48,440 nt of DNA, taken from positions 1-48,440 of IMG/VR virus record IMGVR_UViG_3300017553_000002. One strand, given 5' to 3'. The stretch is from a virus. Lineage: Duplodnaviria > Caudoviricetes. Numbering within the stretch: the first letter of the stretch is position 1; each line of letters opens with the position of its first letter. Made by a program: the position numbers and the translations under genes. Below the pieces are notes generated by a model. It did not search any database, was not told the DNA's origin, and saw nothing but the letters and a program-made list of their open reading frames with translations. Of this stretch, positions 43,353 through 48,440 are shown piece after piece.

Positions 43353-44291
43353 TTATGCAGAAGGAATGACAATGACAGCCGCTTTGGCGCCTTCATAACC
43401 GGTTACAGCAGGCTCCAGAGCTGCCAATACGGATGCGTCGGCTAAACCGACGGATAGGGTCTTACCTGCCTGGGTAGCAAAAGTGAGATCCCAGCCGCCT
43501 GCACTCGCATTTTTAGCTACTGCAGTAGCCACCACAGCGGTACCGGTAGCATCCTGGATCTTCCACGCCTCAGGCTTGGCCAGCTCATCGGCATACAAAC
43601 CGTAAAGGTCGGTACCGGCACATTCTGTGGTGGCGCCAACGGTTACCTTGGTGGCGATGGCAGCAGCTTTGCTCTCGATATCCACATCAAGAAGGCCCAT
43701 CAGGTCAGACAGGTCAGCGTCTGTTTTGTAAATGACGGCGTTGGTAATGTATTCCTCCAGGGTCACGTTCATAACCAGCTTGTTTTTGTAGCTGGCGGCA
43801 AAAGTGCTCAACTCTGGACGGGTGCCATAAAGGTCCGTCAGTTTCAACCCGGAATAGGTCCCGTCAGCGTTTTTGCGCATCTTGAACTGGTTGTTGTCAT
43901 CAACTGGAATAAAACGGTATCCCTTTTTATTCAGAGAAAGCAGCTTTTTAGCCAGGCATTCACCGCCATCGGCAAAGGTCAAGGTGATGCCATAACCGGC
44001 TAAATGTAGCATCTTAGTTGTGCCATCAGCATAGGTTTCTGTCTGATCAGAACCTTCAGCCACCTCAATGTTTTTGAGATCTGCAAAAATCGGATAGAAC
44101 CTTTTACTTTTTACTTCGTGGATCTTGGACTGGAAGAATTCCAGTGGATCCGCCATTTCTGCTTTAGTCCATTTGGCAGAAGGGGGAACGGCAAAGCCAC
44201 CTACTAGAACGCTCAGCATTTCACTGCATTCATAACCGGTATTTTTGATAGAACCGCCATCCTGACATGGATTTAATAATAATGAAGTCAT
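43353..44291 (-). CDS. Major tail tube protein (probable)
   Basis: Start at MTSLLLNPC; N-terminal C..NTG.EC; Ala/Thr-rich C-terminal region; followed by a terminator. Confidence 0.68.
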   Translation of the reverse strand: MTSLLLNPCQDGGSIKNTGYECSEMLSVLVGGFAVPPSAKWTKAEMADPLEFFQSKIHEVKSKRFYPIFADLKNIEVAEGSDQTETYADGTTKMLHLAGYGITLTFADGGECLAKKLLSLNKKGYRFIPVDDNNQFKMRKNADGTYSGLKLTDLYGTRPELSTFAASYKNKLVMNVTLEEYITNAVIYKTDADLSDLMGLLDVDIESKAAAIATKVTVGATTECAGTDLYGLYADELAKPEAWKIQDATGTAVVATAVAKNASAGGWDLTFATQAGKTLSVGLADASVLAALEPAVTGYEGAKAAVIVIPSA

Positions 44292-44317
44292 TTTAAAATA
44301 ATTTAAAAGTTGAATAA

Positions 44318-44866
44318 TTAACACCTAAACGGGTTGTAACTCACCTGGAAGTCATATCTGAAACAATGAACCGGATGCATGTCCACCACCTTTAGGCGGT
44401 CATCTCTAAACGATCCCGGATATTCCCTCAGCACGTTTTCAATGCCCGTTTTCTGGGCATTTACGACAAGGCCGCGGATATTCCTTTCAATGATCCTATA
44501 GACATCGAGGCGGACCTCTTCATCCTGGCGCTCGACCTGGAGGCCTGGTTTAAGGTCAGCGATATTGACAAAGAACACCAGGTGCACATTGGCTACCGGG
44601 TCAGTATCAATTTCGGTTATGGGATCAACCCCAAAAAAGGAGAGTGCGGACAGGGTATCATCCCAGTACACTTCCTTATATTCATTGCCACCTTCATAGA
44701 ACTCAGCGATATAGCCGTTATCCTTTTTATTTCTGTAGCAGCGGCCATAGGCATTGTATTTAATGCTGGCCGGCCATGTGCCTGTTAGCTTATCAAAAAG
44801 CTTCTTTTGCATGCCCTGGATAACCAGGTCGATGCCAACAGGGTTATTTTTTAGGAATAAGGGCAT
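44318..44866 (-). CDS. Tail terminator / completion protein (probable)
   Basis: Upstream of the tail tube gene; 182 aa. Confidence 0.55.
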   Translation of the reverse strand: MPLFLKNNPVGIDLVIQGMQKKLFDKLTGTWPASIKYNAYGRCYRNKKDNGYIAEFYEGGNEYKEVYWDDTLSALSFFGVDPITEIDTDPVANVHLVFFVNIADLKPGLQVERQDEEVRLDVYRIIERNIRGLVVNAQKTGIENVLREYPGSFRDDRLKVVDMHPVHCFRYDFQVSYNPFRC

Positions 44867-45951
44867 GTCGTGCTAATGTTAATGGTGGCAGGTAACTGCT
44901 TTTTAATAAACTGCTTCTTGACTCTCACAGCTTCCTGATCAATTCTGGATTGAAGGCCCTGGATTTTAGGAGAGGCACTTACGGGTGCTGCTCCTTTGAG
45001 ATCCAGTTGTAATCCGGCCGTCTGCAGGTCATCTTTGTTATTACGCTCCGTAGCATTGCTCCGGTTCGTATAAAGCGATTCTTCGATAACCATATACGCC
45101 ATAGTGAGGCCAATTAGGTTATCGAAGTAATTCGCCTTTTTAACGATATCCTGGGTCCAGTCCCTGAAGCTAGTAACCTCCAGATTAAGGCCGTATGGCG
45201 CCATGGGAAAAGACCTGTTATCCTTACTGAAAGAGCTGCCAATCCTGGGTGCAGTAAACGCCTGAGCGCCTATACAATGGGTCCTGTTCCAGCCGCAAAT
45301 TTGCTCCTGAATGGCTTTAGCAGTACCTAGATCGTCCTGGAAGTATACCAGGTAAAAACGGCCACCTTTGAGAGCGGCATAATTAAGATAGATATCGCTA
45401 ATGTCAATAACAGTCTGCTCACCAGCTTTGGCTTCAACTTCCTTGGTCCAGATGGGAGAGGGGGTGCCCTCTTTGAACAGGTATAGGTTAAAGGTGACGT
45501 CAGAATCGAAAAACAGGATGGCCGTTGTAATCTGGCAGGTAATATCGATCCTGCTTGTAAGGTCCAGCTGGTAACCAACAGCAAGACCAGAATTTTGGAC
45601 CGGTACCGCATTTTCAGGGAGACGGTCATAAAGAAGCATTTGCCCGTCAAAATATTCCACCTCATTAAAGACAGCTGTGAGTGCACGCATGGCCGCCGCT
45701 TTCCCTTTCTGGACCAGTAAGGCGTTAACGCCAGCCTCATCCAGTTTGGCGTTTTCCTGGCTGGCTACAATATTGGAAACAGTCACCATGGAATGGAAAC
45801 TGCCGTCATTATAATACCTGCCGGATTTAGAAGCGGTGTTGGCCTGGTCCAAGGTAGGAGCGCCTTGGGCGGTGGGCTGAATCCAGCCCAGCCGTCCGGT
45901 TAAAGCGCTGCTTACTAAAGACAGGTCAAAGCCATTCGTATACTGATACAC
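44851..45951 (-). CDS. Head-tail connector / structural protein
   Basis: Directly after the capsid gene. Confidence 0.55.
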   Translation of the reverse strand: MYQYTNGFDLSLVSSALTGRLGWIQPTAQGAPTLDQANTASKSGRYYNDGSFHSMVTVSNIVASQENAKLDEAGVNALLVQKGKAAAMRALTAVFNEVEYFDGQMLLYDRLPENAVPVQNSGLAVGYQLDLTSRIDITCQITTAILFFDSDVTFNLYLFKEGTPSPIWTKEVEAKAGEQTVIDISDIYLNYAALKGGRFYLVYFQDDLGTAKAIQEQICGWNRTHCIGAQAFTAPRIGSSFSKDNRSFPMAPYGLNLEVTSFRDWTQDIVKKANYFDNLIGLTMAYMVIEESLYTNRSNATERNNKDDLQTAGLQLDLKGAAPVSASPKIQGLQSRIDQEAVRVKKQFIKKQLPATINISTTCPYS

Positions 45952-45979
45952 GAGCTGTAATTAGGTGAGAAAATTAGGA

Positions 45980-47014
45980 TTATGCTTCTACTGGAGCTGC
46001 CTGGCCGAATTCCAGGATGACACTGTCAGTGCGACCGCTGATGGTAGACAGGGGCGCTTTGTTGTATGAAGTGTCCAGGGACAATTCAAACTCCATCGTC
46101 ACGTCCTGGCCATCACCATTGGCTGCACTGGTATCTGATCTGGAAGCATAGCCATGCAGAGCAAACTGATAACCCAGGAAGTTGAAGGTGCCATATCCGC
46201 CAACATAGGAGTTGTAATCTCCCCAACCGGTCCTGTTTTGTTTAGGAATCCAGTTCAAGGCGGCTACAGTTCCCTTTTCAAAAGCCAGGCCCACACCGTT
46301 GGCGTAATTAGCGTCTGCTAACTCAATGCTTTCGATCACGTCGACACCCTGGAACTGATATCCCAGATTGGTCGCATTTGCTGCACCCTGGCGGCCAATG
46401 TACTCACCCCAGCCATAAAGCAGGGAGTCAGCAATGACATCGAGATTGGAACTATTGAAATAGTTCTGGCGCATACCTGATTTCAGGCGCTGGAAGAACA
46501 GGTTCTTGTCGGCGTCTGAGATTTCCACAGCGTCATTAGTGGTGTTAAAGGTCATTCCCTTCAGTGTGGCAGAGGCAGTAGCTCTCTGGGCACGCAAATA
46601 GGCTATTGCTTCAGTTTCTTTTGCTTCCAGGATATTCATACAGGCCTGTTCAAGCTTGTTTGCCAGAACGGTGTTGAAATCAAAGATGTTTTTGTCCAGG
46701 AGTTTTAAAGAAATAGCGAACTTATCTACCTTGGTAGTCCAGGTCAGGTCTACTTTCATGGAGTCATCCACTGTGCCTGTGTGGTTGTACGTTCTGGATG
46801 CAGTTGGAGTCCGGACTGTTCGCTTTAAGAGATGAGCCTCGATAGCGCGATCGTCACGGGTTCGGAGAGTTTCGGCACCCACAACTAGAAAGTTGGAGTT
46901 ACCTGTTAAGAGTTGAAATGCGGGGGCCGGCTTCATTCTCATTTCCGGCTGAGCATACTTTTTAGCGACTAAGGTTTGCGCTGTTAAGAGGTTTGAGACA
47001 TCAAAATTTGCCAT
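45980..47014 (-). CDS. Major capsid protein
   Basis: 344 aa after the scaffold gene; size, position and composition. Confidence 0.78.
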   Translation of the reverse strand: MANFDVSNLLTAQTLVAKKYAQPEMRMKPAPAFQLLTGNSNFLVVGAETLRTRDDRAIEAHLLKRTVRTPTASRTYNHTGTVDDSMKVDLTWTTKVDKFAISLKLLDKNIFDFNTVLANKLEQACMNILEAKETEAIAYLRAQRATASATLKGMTFNTTNDAVEISDADKNLFFQRLKSGMRQNYFNSSNLDVIADSLLYGWGEYIGRQGAANATNLGYQFQGVDVIESIELADANYANGVGLAFEKGTVAALNWIPKQNRTGWGDYNSYVGGYGTFNFLGYQFALHGYASRSDTSAANGDGQDVTMEFELSLDTSYNKAPLSTISGRTDSVILEFGQAAPVEA

Positions 47015-47060
47015 TTTAGTTTAAAAATGTGAATCAGGAAATCCTTCCTTCTTCAAAGTT

Positions 47061-47154
47061 GCCCAGCACCTTGGGCGAATCCCCCGGGTCCAGTACCTTG
47101 GACCCTATTTTTTCTTTTTTGCCCTTTCCTCAAAAGCTCCGCCGTACCTTGGGA
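47061..47154 (-). promoter_or_regulatory. Structured capsid leader with three CCAAGGTRC hairpins
   Basis: TCCCAAGGTACGGCGGA, GGGTCCA-AGGTAC-TGGACCC, GCCCA-AGGTGC-TGGGC; upstream TTTG-N20-TTACTTTG promoter-like site at 47212-47181. Confidence 0.6.
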
Positions 47155-47225
47155 TACCAGTTGAGGCCTTGTTGCAGATACAAAGTAAACGAAATGGTTA
47201 TTGATGGCCAAATTAATTTGTAAAT

Positions 47226-47256
47226 AAAAAAAGCACCGGAATTTTCCAGTGCTTTT
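47226..47256 (-). terminator. Intrinsic terminator after the scaffold gene
   Basis: AAAAGCACTGGAA-AA-TTCCGGTGCTTTTTTT. Confidence 0.8.
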
Positions 47257-47275
47257 AACGTATGAATGAGGTTGC

Positions 47276-48112
47276 CTATCCTGCCATATCAAAATCAGGA
47301 TTATCCTTGACAGCTGCTGCTACAGCCTGGCTGAAGTCGCCTCCAAGGAATGATTTACCTTCACTTTCAAACTTTGCCTTGATTTCAGATAATTTACCTG
47401 GCTTAAATGCAGCACCGGAGGAACTGCCACCGCGGCCGCCAGGAGTTCCGGGAGCTTCATTAATCAACTTCCTTTCCTTCAGGTAACCTGTAATGACGTC
47501 TTTTACTGGTACACCGTTACCGATCTTATCAGTAACAGGATTGCCATCTTTCATGGCTACAAGTGCACCGTTTTCCATCTTAAAGTCATAACCTTTGGCC
47601 TTCATCATCGTCATGATCTCTTCACGGTCGAATGATGGGCCATTTTCGTTTGATATCTCTGGGATATACTTGAATAGCTCTGAATTGGTCCTGATGGTCC
47701 CAACTTCAGTTTCTTTCTCGGTCAGTTTAGCCTGTAATTCAGTAGCGGTTGCCTGGGCCGTTTTTAATTTAGTCTCGAGTTCGGCGACCTTTTCATCTGG
47801 TTTAAGCTTGGCGTCTGCCAGAGCTTTAGCTTTATGGGCTTCCAGAAGGTCATCAAGGGATTTTCCGGTGAATTCCAGGTTGTGTTTGTCCTTCACCTCT
47901 TTGATGGTCATTTCAAGGCCTTTTTCCTTTCCGGCCTTGTATTCATTTTTCTTGAGCGTTTCCAGCTCTTTGTCATCCAGGACGGTAAGAGCGTCGGAAA
48001 TATCGACATCCTTCTCCTCACTATCCTTGATTGCTGTCTCCAGCGTCTTGGGATCGATTTTGGCTATTTTAGCCAGTTTTTGAATGGTTTCTACCTTAAG
48101 CATAATAATCAA
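47276..48112 (-). CDS. Capsid scaffolding protein
   Basis: Charged coiled coil, Gly-rich GGRGGSSSG linker near the C-terminus; upstream of the capsid gene. Confidence 0.72.
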   Translation of the reverse strand: MIIMLKVETIQKLAKIAKIDPKTLETAIKDSEEKDVDISDALTVLDDKELETLKKNEYKAGKEKGLEMTIKEVKDKHNLEFTGKSLDDLLEAHKAKALADAKLKPDEKVAELETKLKTAQATATELQAKLTEKETEVGTIRTNSELFKYIPEISNENGPSFDREEIMTMMKAKGYDFKMENGALVAMKDGNPVTDKIGNGVPVKDVITGYLKERKLINEAPGTPGGRGGSSSGAAFKPGKLSEIKAKFESEGKSFLGGDFSQAVAAAVKDNPDFDMAG

Positions 48113-48194
48113 TAATTTGTGTTTAAAAATTGCCGGGCTGGTGCTACTTCCATCCCGGCGTGTTTATGGCTAAGAAAACAATGGGCTGATTTTA

Positions 48195-48317
48195 TTAATC
48201 CTGGCCAGGTTTAAAATACATAACGTGCCTGGAGGCATTTCCTTGTCCCAGTGCACCATGGTTGAGGGTGTCGGCCTCTTCATCGCTGATTTTTACGTTA
48301 TCCCGTAATTTCTTCAG
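48195..48317 (-). CDS. 3' part of the junction-spanning 144-aa protein
   Basis: In-frame continuation of 312..1; TAA at 48197-48195. Confidence 0.75.
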   Translation of the reverse strand: MKKLRDNVKISDEEADTLNHGALGQGNASRHVMYFKPGQD

Positions 48318-48440
48318 CTTACTGGCTTTACCCTCTTTAATCTCAACCATCCATTCTTCATAATGCTTAGGGTCGGTCTTAGCGGCTTTTTTCTGGGTGG
48401 TCTGCTTAGAAGGCGCTTCCTTCTTTTTGGGATGTTCAGC
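48318..48440. repeat. Terminal direct repeat, copy 2
   Basis: Identical to 1-123. Confidence 0.97.

Noticed and set aside
48318-48440. 123-bp terminal repeat as a biological DTR
   Set aside because: It falls inside a coding sequence and is more simply an assembler overlap of a circular contig; read-end data would be needed

Overview
This window looks like a complete, circularised temperate tailed-phage genome of about 48.3 kb: bases 1-123 recur exactly at 48318-48440, and an unlisted ORF reads through that junction. The host is probably a Bacteroidota member, inferred from TAnnTTTG promoter boxes, a DUF4373-type initiator, an Mpi-like invertase and the tRNA-Arg attP sequence. Modules: (i) packaging and morphogenesis on the minus strand (terS, terL, portal, scaffold, capsid, tail tube, tape measure, tail proteins, an SGNH-esterase tail spike) and lysis (GH108 endolysin, u-spanin-like lipoprotein); (ii) lysogeny (cro/cI-like switch, intact attP matching the 3' half of tRNA-Arg(ACG), tyrosine integrase) with AT-rich cargo, including an ApeA-like HEPN nuclease; (iii) a long early operon with an initiator tRNA-fMet, a Sak4-like ATPase, a nuclease-FtsK fusion, a DnaQ-like exonuclease, a beta sliding clamp, a PRTRC ubiquitin-like cassette (E, Ub, E2, E1), an initiator and DnaB. 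The strongest candidates for new biology are: a ubiquitin-like conjugation cassette joined to a phage sliding clamp, with three neighbouring proteins ending in clamp-binding-like motifs; a repeated ~55-nt small RNA with its own promoter and terminator that is antisense to a translation-start-like sequence; a capsid leader with repeated AGGURC-loop hairpins; and an Mpi-like invertase. All family assignments come from motif recognition by eye; no database search was run.
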